From positions 1-64,000 of the forward strand of contig NIVC01003360.1 of the NCBI GenBank assembly GCA_002269645.1: a stretch of DNA of 64,000 bases, read 5' to 3'. Of this stretch, positions 15,920 to 27,800 are shown piece after piece; the stretch's first letter is position 1; the number at the start of each line of letters is the position of its first letter. This DNA is from Macrostomum lignano (taxonomy: Eukaryota). The notes beneath the pieces were generated by a model. That model worked only from the letters and a program-made list of their open reading frames with translations, made no database searches and was not told the DNA's origin. The translations under genes and the position numbers were made by a program.

Positions 15920-16172
15920 GGCACAAATGGCCTGCTCCGCTGGAGCACAATGGACGCTTTTTATTCGATGAATGGCCATTTTTCTCTCTGTCCTCGGTGC
16001 ATTGTGTCTATAACAGCACATGAATTTTTCTCATAGCTTAGAAAAAATCATGTATACACTAAAAGAGTTTGGTGCACACACACACATGATTTTTTCTAAG
16101 CTATGAGAAAAATTCATGTATACACTAAAAAGATTGTCAGTTTAATAGTTATGGAAATAGCACGCAAATTAT

Positions 16173-17060
16173 TTACTTCTTAACCCATTTTCCTCCTTCG
16201 AACATCTCTCGGACTTCGGCGGCGCTCTCAGCTTTGTCTTCCGCGTCAGGATCTTCGTTGAAAGCTACAATATAAAAGCAAGCTTTAAAAAATATGAACT
16301 TACTTACATTACCACAATAGTGAAGCAATCACTTACTGTCTTCATACCACTGGTGAACTTGCTTTTCTTCAGGACTGCCATCTTTCAAAACCAAAGCAAC
16401 TGTCTCGTGTTGCATCTTGAGAAGTTCCTTAAACCTGGCATCGTTGTTTGCCTTCTTGCAAATCGCAGCATTATAATTAATTACTATGCCCATTGAATAG
16501 GTAGAAAAAATTAAACCTGGGTATTCAAGGCAGAGTTGATAGTATTTGTTATAATCCTCAACCTTCCGGCTGGTTATGTTGAATGAGTCGGCCAGCTCTC
16601 GCTCTGTCATTCGATACTTCGTGCTTAAATAGTAGATAAGTCTACCCTGCTCAAATTGCATCATTGCCTTAGCAATCGATAGAGCTTCAATAGATGACTT
16701 TATTTTCTTAAATCTTTCAATCAAATCATGTTTGGTCGTACCTTCAAGCTTGAGACCAACGTGGGATAGGCCTTGTGTAATCGCTTCCACGCACACACTA
16801 ACTCCTCTATCTTCGTTCTCCTCTAACTTCTGATAGATTGTCTCTAGCACATTCTCCACATAACCTTTCTCTTTCCTCTTTTGGGTGGTCGGCTTCTTTT
16901 CACTCACCCCATCCAACTTTTCTAAACTATCATGTAAGGCCTCCAATTCCTTCTCCGAGAAGTCTTTAAGTCGGCAACCAATTAATGACTTATCCTTCCT
17001 TGATAAATTCGTAGCAATCTCGACAATAGATGATATCCTTGCTTCTTTCGATGATGCCAT
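16173..17060 (-). CDS. Two-exon helical/HTH-like protein (exon 1 17060-16337, intron 16336-16265, exon 2 16264-16173), 271 aa
   Basis: GTAAGT donor and TTGTAG acceptor join in frame (724+92=816 nt), replacing the short ORF end with ...EDTFNEDPDAEDKAESAAEVREMFEGGKWVKK*. MTERELADSFNITSRKVEDY is HTH-like. Confidence 0.65.
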
Positions 17061-17533
17061 GATAATACGTTTGTTAGTTCTTGTAAAAGACAGATATTAG
17101 GAGTTGTGCATAAATAAGAGACTATTTGCTGTGGCTAGTTTTTTAGATTTCATCATTCTTATACACACAATTAAAGCTTGGGGTGGAGTGCTGAAAATAA
17201 TAAAAGCGCTTTTCATGAGTAAGCAACTCACCTTCCTGTTGTAGCCAGTTTGAGTCTGAGGTTTGCGCTTCGGTAAATGATGAGTATAATAGAAACCCCG
17301 AATTCCCGCGTTAGTCATTATACTGTCTGCGACCCTTTGGGGTGATCATGCAAAGTTTTTCTTTTTGTGAGCTGCTTTAAGATAGTTAAACACTGTTCCT
17401 TTTCTATGACTCAGTTTGGGTCAGACTGTGCCCCTTCGCGCCTGCGGCGCGTGCGAGGGTTTATAGAGAATTTGAAGTGTTAGAAGTGTTGGGGTGTGTT
17501 GGAAGTGTTGGAAGTGTTGGAAGTGTTGGGTAG

Positions 17534-17811
17534 AGTAGTAGTAGGGAAAAAGACGCTTCTAGATCAGACCTTTTTTAATGGTCGTTTATAAGGTTCCAGA
17601 GGGGGGACACGAGGGGTGTGATAAGATGAGTTGGGGATGGGTTATATTGATTTTTGGTATTAAGGGGTGTTGTGGGTGATTATGGGTGATTAGATGTGTT
17701 AAGGGTGTTTAGATGTGTTTTTTTATTTACCCCCCGTGTCCCCCCTCTAGACCCTTAAAACGGCTGTTAAAAAAGTGCTCTGGGTCTGGAAGCGTCTTTT
17801 TCCCTACTACT
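17534..17811. repeat. Palindromic Polinton terminus (inverted ~85-bp arms starting AGTAGTAGGGAAAAAGACGCTTC)
   Basis: 17534-~17620 is an imperfect reverse complement of ~17725-17811. It is preceded by short GAAGTGTTG repeats (~17473-17530). The next six bases, GCCAGG, are the candidate target-site duplication. Confidence 0.7.
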
Positions 17812-18419
17812 GCCAGGATACCCTCTTTGTTCTCAGCAAACACAGAGGCTTCCATGCAGAGCCCAGCCCATAGAATTCTAGAAAACTATCTATTCTCTAG
17901 AGCTCTATTGTCCACCCTCCCTGTTGGCTCTAGATAACTATCTAGAATCCAATGCTATACACAACCAGACAACCAGACTGCTGCATTTGTCAAAGCGGGC
18001 ACATTGGTAGAAGATCGGTAAGAATCCAGTAAAAATCTTGTCCAGAGAGACGTATGTATATGTACTGTCCATAGACCATATAGGACCTGCGCGAAACTCG
18101 AGGGTCCTGCCCCAGTGTTCTGTGGGGCAAAAAGCAAGCAAACTATGATCCCACCCCTTAACGCACGTTAATCGATAAAGACTCCACGGCATTGGCTCTC
18201 ATTCGCTGAGTACTAAATTGTGCCGACATCCGGTTCCTTCCTCATATGAGTCCTGCATCGCTTCAAAACCAGTGAAAGAATATTTTTCATTTCAGACATT
18301 GCCCATTCACACCACATATAGGGCTCTAGAAAAAAAAAGAGAAAAAATCTCAGTTCAGATGCAGCTAATGTGGATCTTGCAGCTCTTTGTCATGAAGTAC
18401 TTACTTCATTGGTCGCTTT

Positions 18420-18850
18420 AACAAACCCTAAATTTCACAACGTCGAAAAGTTGTGCACAGTATTTCATAAGCTCGAAATTTCAAAAGCTCTAAATTTCAC
18501 AAAGTCAAAAACAAAACTTGCACCAGACTGCATAAACTATATCACAAGCCCTAAATTTCACAAGCCCTAAATTTCACAACGCCTAAAAACACTATGGAGA
18601 TACAATCTTCTAAAATCCTTCTGTATCTCCATAGCTAGTGTTTTTAGGCGTTGTGAAATTTAGGGCTTGTGGAATTCTGTGCATGCCTTTTAGGTGTTAT
18701 GAAATTTAGGGCCTGTGAAATTTAGATCTTGGGAAATCTGCTGCATTGCTTATTTTCGACGTTGTGAAAATTAGAATTTATGAAATATAGGTCTTATAAA
18801 AGGTTCCGGTTTCGACGTTGTAAAAATTAGGGTTTGTAAAACGAACCTAG
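18420..18850. repeat. Foldback block of CCCTAAATTTCACAA(CG) modules, including a 113-bp palindrome at 18559-18671
   Basis: Direct modules on the left and inverted modules (TTGTGAAATTTAGGG) on the right; ~46-bp arms with one 4-nt bulge. Confidence 0.75.
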
Positions 18851-18874
18851 TTATATGTACAGTTGGGTAATTAC

Positions 18875-21800
18875 TGATTTTCCGGAATTCGCCCATTTAA
18901 ATACATTGGAATTTTCCGGAATCTCCGCATTCAAATAGCTGGAAAGCTGATTAAGCTAGAGACAGGATTCTTTCTGGGGAAGACACCGAATGGTACGCTC
19001 TAATGATCTGTAGAATCTCATATTTGAGTCTACTGATAGAGCTTGGCAATTCCTGATTGATTTTCCCGAATTCGCCCATTTAAATACATTGGAATTTTCC
19101 GGAATCTCCGCATTCAAATAGCTGGAAAGCTGATTAAGCTAGAGACAGGATTCTTTCTGGGGAAGACACCGAATGGTACGCTCTAATGATCTGTAGAATC
19201 TCATATTCGAGTCTACTGATAGAGCTTGGCAATTCCTGATTGATTTTCCCGAATTCGCCCATTTAAATACATTGGAATTTCCCGGAATCTCCGCATTCAA
19301 ATAGCTGGAAAGCTGATTAAGCTAGAGACAGGATTCTTTCTGGGGAAGACACCGAATGGTACGCTCTAATGATCTGTAGAATCTCATATTTGAGTCTACT
19401 GATAGAGCTTGGCAATTCCTGATTGATTTTCCCGAATTCGTCCATTTAAATACATTGGAATTTCCCGGAATCTCCGCATTCAAATAGCTGGAAAGCTGAT
19501 TAAGCTAGAGACAGGATTCTTTCTGGGGAAGACACCGAATGGTACGCTCTAATGATCTGTAGAATCTCATATTTGAGTCTACTGATAGAGCTTGGCAATT
19601 CCTGATTGATTTTCCCGAATTCGCCCATTGAAATACATTGGAATTTCCCGGAATCTCCGCATTCAAATAGCTGGAAAGCTGATTAAGCTAGAGACAGGAT
19701 TCTTTCTGGGGAAGACACCGAATGGTACGCTCTAATGATCTGTAGAATCTCATATTTGAGTCTACTGATAGAGCTTGGCAATTCCTGATTGATTTTCCTG
19801 AATTCGCCTATTTAAATACATTGGAATTTCCCGGAATCTCCGCATTCAAATAGCTGGAAAGCTGATTAAGCTAGAGACAGGATTCTTTCTGGGGAAGACA
19901 CCGAATGGTACGCTCTAATGATCTGTAGAATCTCATATTTGAGTCTACTGATAGAGCTTGGCAATTCCTGATTGATTTTCCCGAATTCGCCTATTTAAAT
20001 ACATTGGAATTTTCCGGAATCTCCGCATTCAAATAGCTGGAAAGCTGATTAAGCTAGAGACAGGATTCTTTCTGGGGAAGACACCGAATGGTACGCTCTA
20101 ATGATCTGTAGAATCTCATATTTGAGTCTACTGATAGAGCTTGGCAATTCCTGATTGATTTTCCCGAATTCGCCCATTTAAATACATTGGAATTTCCCGG
20201 AATCTCCGCATTCAAATAGCTGGAAAGCTGATTAAGCTAGAGACAGGATTCTTTCTGGGGAAGACACCGAATGGTACGCTCTAATGATCTGTAGAATCTC
20301 ATATTTGAGTCTACTGATAGAGCTTGGCAATTCCTGATTGATTTTCCCGAATTCGCCCATTTAAATACATTGGAATTTTCCGGAATCTCCGCATTCAAAT
20401 AGCTGGAAAGCTGATTAAGCTAGAGACAGGATTCTTTCTGGGGAAGACACCGAATGGTACGCTCTAATGATCTGTAGAATCTCATATTTGAGTCTACTGA
20501 TAGAGCTTGGCAATTCCTGATTGATTTTCCCGAATTCGCCCATTTAAATACATTGGAATTTTCCGGAATCTCCGCATTCAAATAGCTGGAAAGCTGATTA
20601 AGCTAGAGACAGGATTCTTTCTGGGGAAGACACCGAATGGTACGCTCTAATGATCTGTAGAATCTCATATTTGAGTCTACTGATAGAGCTTGGCAATTCC
20701 TGATTGATTTTCCCGAATTCGCCCATTTAAATACATTGGAATTTCCCGGAATCTCCGCATTCAAATAGCTGGAAAGCTGATTAAGCTAGAGACAGGATTC
20801 TTTCTGGGGAAGACACCGAATGGTACGCTCTAATGATCTGTAGAATCTCATATTTGAGTCTACTGATAGAGCTTGGCAATTCCTGATTGATTTTCCCGAA
20901 TTCGCCCATTTAAATACATTGGAATTTCCCGGAATCTCCGCATTCAAATAGCTGGAAAGCTGATTAAGCTAGAGACAGGATTCTTTCTGGGGAAGACACC
21001 GAATGGTACGCTCTAATGATCTGTAGAATCTCATATTTGAGTCTACTGATAGAGCTTGGCAATTCCTGATTGATTTTCCCGAATTCGCCATTTAAATACA
21101 TTGGAATTTCCCGGAATCTCCGCATTCAAATAGCTGGAAAGCTGATTAAGCTAGAGACAGGATTCTTTCTGGGGAAGACACCGAATGGTACGCTCTAATG
21201 ATCTGTAGAATCTCATATTTGAGTCTACTGATAGAGCTTGGCAATTCCTGATTGATTTTCCCGAATTCGCCCATTTAAATACATTGGAATTTCCGGAATC
21301 TCCGCATTCAAATAGCTGGAAAGCTGATTAAGCTAGAGACAGGATTCTTTCTGGGGAAGACACCGAATGGTACGCTCTAATGATCTGTAGAATCTCATAT
21401 TTGAGTCTACTGATAGAGCTTGGCAATTCCTGATTGATTTTCCCGAATTCGCCTATTTAAATACATTGGAATTTCCCGGAATCTCCGCATTCAAATAGCT
21501 GGAAAGCTGATTAAGCTAGAGACAGGATTCTTTCTGGGGAAGACACCGAATGGTACGCTCTAATGATCTGTAGAATCTCATATTTGAGTCTACTGATAGA
21601 GCTTGGCAATTCCTGATTGATTTTCCCGAATTCGCCCATTTAAATACATTGGAATTTCCCGGAATCTCCGCATTCAAATAGCTGGAAAGCTGATTAAGCT
21701 AGAGACAGGATTCTTTCTGGGGAAGACACCGAATGGTACGCTCTAATGATCTGTAGAATCTCATATTTGAGTCTACTGATAGAGCTTGGCAATTCCTGAT

Positions 21801-24800
21801 TGATTTTCCCGAATTCGCCCATTTAAATACATTGGAATTTCCGGAATCTCCGCATTCAAATAGCTGGAAAGCTGATTAAGCTAGAGACAGGATTCTTTCT
21901 GGGGAAGACACCGAATGGTACGCTCTAATGATCTGTAGAATCTCATATTTGAGTCTACTGATAGAGCTTGGCAATTCCTGATTGATTTTCCCGAATTCGC
22001 CATTTAAATACATTGGAATTTCCGGAATCTCCGCATTCAAATAGCTGGAAAGCTGATTAAGCTAGAGACAGGATTCTTTCTGGGGAAGACACCGAATGGT
22101 ACGCTCTAATGATCTGTAGAATCTCATATTTGAGTCTACTGATAGAGCTTGGCAATTCCTGATTGATTTTCCCGAATTCGCCTATTTAAATACATTGGAA
22201 TTTCCCGGAATCTCCGCATTCAAATAGCTGGAAAGCTGATTAAGCTAGAGACAGGATTCTTTCTGGGGAAGACACCGAATGGTACGCTCTAATGATCTGT
22301 AGAATCTCATATTTGAGTCTACTGATAGAGCTTGGCAATTCCTGATTGATTTTCCCGAATTCGCCCATTTAAATACATTGGAATTTCCGGAATCTCCGCA
22401 TTCAAATAGCTGGAAAGCTGATTAAGCTAGAGACAGGATTCTTTCTGGGGAAGACACCGAATGGTACGCTCTAATGATCTGTAGAATCTCATATTTGAGT
22501 CTACTGATAGAGCTTGGCAATTCCTGATTGATTTTCCCGAATTCGCCATTTAAATACATTGGAATTTCCCGGAATCTCCGCATTCAAATAGCTGGAAAGC
22601 TGATTAAGCTAGAGACAGGATTCTTTCTGGGGAAGACACCGAATGGTACGCTCTAATGATCTGTAGAATCTCATATTTGAGTCTACTGATAGAGCTTGGC
22701 AATTCCTGATTGATTTTCCCGAATTCGCCCATTTAAATACATTGGAATTTCCCGGAATCTCCGCATTCAAATAGCTGGAAAGCTGATTAAGCTAGAGACA
22801 GGATTCTTTCTGGGGAAGACACCGAATGGTACGCTCTAATGATCTGTAGAATCTCATATTTGAGTCTACTGATAGAGCTTGGCAATTCCTGATTGATTTT
22901 CCCGAATTCGCCTATTTAAATACATTGGAATTTCCGGAATCTCCGCATTCAAATAGCTGGAAAGCTGATTAAGCTAGAGACAGGATTCTTTCTGGGGAAG
23001 ACACCGAATGGTACGCTCTAATGATCTGTAGAATCTCATATTTGAGTCTACTGATAGAGCTTGGCAATTCCTGATTGATTTTCCCGAATTCGCCCATTTA
23101 AATACATTGGAATTTCCGGAATCTCCGCATTCAAATAGCTGGAAAGCTGATTAAGCTAGAGACAGGATTCTTTCTGGGGAAGACACCGAATGGTACGCTC
23201 TAATGATCTGTAGAATCTCATATTTGAGTCTACTGATAGAGCTTGGCAATTCCTGATTGATTTTCCCGAATTCGCCCATTTAAATACATTGGAATTTCCC
23301 GGAATCTCCGCATTCAAATAGCTGGAAAGCTGATTAAGCTAGAGACAGGATTCTTTCTGGGGAAGACACCGAATGGTACGCTCTAATGATCTGTAGAATC
23401 TCATATTTGAGTCTACTGATAGAGCTTGGCAATTCCTGATTGATTTTCCCGAATTCGCCCATTTAAATACATTGGAATTTCCCGGAATCTCCGCATTCAA
23501 ATAGCTGGAAAGCTGATTAAGCTAGAGACAGGATTCTTTCTGGGGAAGACACCGAATGGTACGCTCTAATGATCTGTAGAATCTCATATTTGAGTCTACT
23601 GATAGAGCTTGGCAATTCCTGATTGATTTTCCCGAATTCGCCCATTTAAATACATTGGAATTTCCGGAATCTCCGCATTCAAATAGCTGGAAAGCTGATT
23701 AAGCTAGAGACAGGATTCTTTCTGGGGAAGACACCGAATGGTACGCTCTAATGATCTGTAGAATCTCATATTTGAGTCTACTGATAGAGCTTGGCAATTC
23801 CTGATTGATTTTCCCGAATTCGCCATTTAAATACATTGGAATTTCCGGAATCTCCGCATTCAAATAGCTGGAAAGCTGATTAAGCTAGAGACAGGATTCT
23901 TTCTGGGGAAGACACCGAATGGTACGCTCTAATGATCTGTAGAATCTCATATTTGAGTCTACTGATAGAGCTTGGCAATTCCTGATTGATTTTCCCGAAT
24001 TCGCCATTTAAATACATTGGAATTTCCCGGAATCTCCGCATTCAAATAGCTGGAAAGCTGATTAAGCTAGAGACAGGATTCTTTCTGGGGAAGACACCGA
24101 ATGGTACGCTCTAATGATCTGTAGAATCTCATATTTGAGTCTACTGATAGAGCTTGGCAATTCCTGATTGATTTTCCCGAATTCGCCCATTTAAATACAT
24201 TGGAATTTCCCGGAATCTCCGCATTCAAATAGCTGGAAAGCTGATTAAGCTAGAGACAGGATTCTTTCTGGGGAAGACACCGAATGGTACGCTCTAATGA
24301 TCTGTAGAATCTCATATTTGAGTCTACTGATAGAGCTTGGCAATTCCTGATTGATTTTCCCGAATTCGCCATTTAAATACATTGGAATTTCCCGGAATCT
24401 CCGCATTCAAATAGCTGGAAAGCTGATTAAGCTAGAGACAGGATTCTTTCTGGGGAAGACACCGAATGGTACGCTCTAATGATCTGTAGAATCTCATATT
24501 TGAGTCTACTGATAGAGCTTGGCAATTCCTGATTGATTTTCCCGAATTCGCCCATTTAAATACATTGGAATTTCCCGGAATCTCCGCATTCAAATAGCTG
24601 GAAAGCTGATTAAGCTAGAGACAGGATTCTTTCTGGGGAAGACACCGAATGGTACGCTCTAATGATCTGTAGAATCTCATATTTGAGTCTACTGATAGAG
24701 CTTGGCAATTCCTGATTGATTTTCCCGAATTCGCCCATTTAAATACATTGGAATTTCCGGAATCTCCGCATTCAAATAGCTGGAAAGCTGATTAAGCTAG

Positions 24801-27800
24801 AGACAGGATTCTTTCTGGGGAAGACACCGAATGGTACGCTCTAATGATCTGTAGAATCTCATATTTGAGTCTACTGATAGAGCTTGGCAATTCCTGATTG
24901 ATTTTCCCGAATTCGCCCATTTAAATACATTGGAATTTCCCGGAATCTCCGCATTCAAATAGCTGGAAAGCTGATTAAGCTAGAGACAGGATTCTTTCTG
25001 GGGAAGACACCGAATGGTACGCTCTAATGATCTGTAGAATCTCATATTTGAGTCTACTGATAGAGCTTGGCAATTCCTGATTGATTTTCCCGAATTCGCC
25101 ATTTAAATACATTGGAATTTCCCGGAATCTCCGCATTCAAATAGCTGGAAAGCTGATTAAGCTAGAGACAGGATTCTTTCTGGGGAAGACACCGAATGGT
25201 ACGCTCTAATGATCTGTAGAATCTCATATTTGAGTCTACTGATAGAGCTTGGCAATTCCTGATTGATTTTCCCGAATTCGCCCATTTAAATACATTGGAA
25301 TTTCCGGAATCTCCGCATTCAAATAGCTGGAAAGCTGATTAAGCTAGAGACAGGATTCTTTCTGGGGAAGACACCGAATGGTACGCTCTAATGATCTGTA
25401 GAATCTCATATTTGAGTCTACTGATAGAGCTTGGCAATTCCTGATTGATTTTCCCGAATTCGCCCATTTAAATACATTGGAATTTCCCGGAATCTCCGCA
25501 TTCAAATAGCTGGAAAGCTGATTAAGCTAGAGACAGGATTCTTTCTGGGGAAGACACCGAATGGTACGCTCTAATGATCTGTAGAATCTCATATTTGAGT
25601 CTACTGATAGAGCTTGGCAATTCCTGATTGATTTTCCCGAATTCGCCCATTTAAATACATTGGAATTTCCGGAATCTCCGCATTCAAATAGCTGGAAAGC
25701 TGATTAAGCTAGAGACAGGATTCTTTCTGGGGAAGACACCGAATGGTACGCTCTAATGATCTGTAGAATCTCATATTTGAGTCTACTGATAGAGCTTGGC
25801 AATTCCTGATTGATTTTCCCGAATTCGCCCATTTAAATACATTGGAATTTCCGGAATCTCCGCATTCAAATAGCTGGAAAGCTGATTAAGCTAGAGACAG
25901 GATTCTTTCTGGGGAAGACACCGAATGGTACGCTCTAATGATCTGTAGAATCTCATATTTGAGTCTACTGATAGAGCTTGGCAATTCCTGATTGATTTTC
26001 CCGAATTCGCCATTTAAATACATTGGAATTTCCGGAATCTCCGCATTCAAATAGCTGGAAAGCTGATTAAGCTAGAGACAGGATTCTTTCTGGGGAAGAC
26101 ACCGAATGGTACGCTCTAATGATCTGTAGAATCTCATATTTGAGTCTACTGATAGAGCTTGGCAATTCCTGATTGATTTTCCCGAATTCGCCCATTTAAA
26201 TACATTGGAATTTCCGGAATCTCCGCATTCAAATAGCTGGAAAGCTGATTAAGCTAGAGACAGGATTCTTTCTGGGGAAGACACCGAATGGTACGCTCTA
26301 ATGATCTGTAGAATCTCATATTTGAGTCTACTGATAGAGCTTGGCAATTCCTGATTGATTTTCCCGAATTCGCCCATTTAAATACATTGGAATTTCCGGA
26401 ATCTCCGCATTCAAATAGCTGGAAAGCTGATTAAGCTAGAGACAGGATTCTTTCTGGGGAAGACACCGAATGGTACGCTCTAATGATCTGTAGAATCTCA
26501 TATTTGAGTCTACTGATAGAGCTTGGCAATTCCTGATTGATTTTCCCGAATTCGCCATTTAAATACATTGGAATTTCCGGAATCTCCGCATTCAAATAGC
26601 TGGAAAGCTGATTAAGCTAGAGACAGGATTCTTTCTGGGGAAGACACCGAATGGTACGCTCTAATGATCTGTAGAATCTCATATTTGAGTCTACTGATAG
26701 AGCTTGGCAATTCCTGATTGATTTTCCCGAATTCGCCCATTTAAATACATTGGAATTTCCGGAATCTCCGCATTCAAATAGCTGGAAAGCTGATTAAGCT
26801 AGAGACAGGATTCTTTCTGGGGAAGACACCGAATGGTACGCTCTAATGATCTGTAGAATCTCATATTTGAGTCTACTGATAGAGCTTGGCAATTCCTGAT
26901 TGATTTTCCCGAATTCGCCCATTTAAATACATTGGAATTTCCGGAATCTCCGCATTCAAATAGCTGGAAAGCTGATTAAGCTAGAGACAGGATTCTTTCT
27001 GGGGAAGACACCGAATGGTACGCTCTAATGATCTGTAGAATCTCATATTTGAGTCTACTGATAGAGCTTGGCAATTCCTGATTGATTTTCCCGAATTCGC
27101 CCATTTAAATACATTGGAATTTCCGGAATCTCCGCATTCAAATAGCTGGAAAGCTGATTAAGCTAGAGACAGGATTCTTTCTGGGGAAGACACCGAATGG
27201 TACGCTCTAATGATCTGTAGAATCTCATATTTGAGTCTACTGATAGAGCTTGGCAATTCCTGATTGATTTTCCCGAATTCGCCCATTTAAATACATTGGA
27301 ATTTCCGGAATCTCCGCATTCAAATAGCTGGAAAGCTGATTAAGCTAGAGACAGGATTCTTTCTGGGGAAGACACCGAATGGTACGCTCTAATGATCTGT
27401 AGAATCTCATATTTGAGTCTACTGATAGAGCTTGGCAATTCCTGATTGATTTTCCCGAATTCGCCATTTAAATACATTGGAATTTCCCGGAATCTCCGCA
27501 TTCAAATAGCTGGAAAGCTGATTAAGCTAGAGACAGGATTCTTTCTGGGGAAGACACCGAATGGTACGCTCTAATGATCTGTAGAATCTCATATTTGAGT
27601 CTACTGATAGAGCTTGGCAATTCCTGATTGATTTTCCCGAATTCGCCCATTTAAATACATTGGAATTTCCCGGAATCTCCGCATTCAAATAGCTGGAAAG
27701 CTGATTAAGCTAGAGACAGGATTCTTTCTGGGGAAGACACCGAATGGTACGCTCTAATGATCTGTAGAATCTCATATTTGAGTCTACTGATAGAGCTTGG

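Larger units (their letters stand above)
1..17811. mobile_element. Polinton/Maverick (adintovirus-like) endogenous viral element, left part outside the window
   Basis: Co-located pPolB, A32-type ATPase, adenain-like protease, penton-like and MCP-like genes in intron-poor AT-rich DNA. It ends in ...CCCTACTACT at 17811, matching the AGT-repeat termini typical of Polintons. Confidence 0.93.

Noticed and set aside
1-17811. Retroviral-type integrase expected for a Polinton
   Set aside because: No DDE integrase ORF is visible; it probably lies left of the window, so it is not annotated.
17713-18570. Short ORFs flanking the Polinton end
   Set aside because: No motifs or splice support; they overlap terminal repeats and foldback modules.
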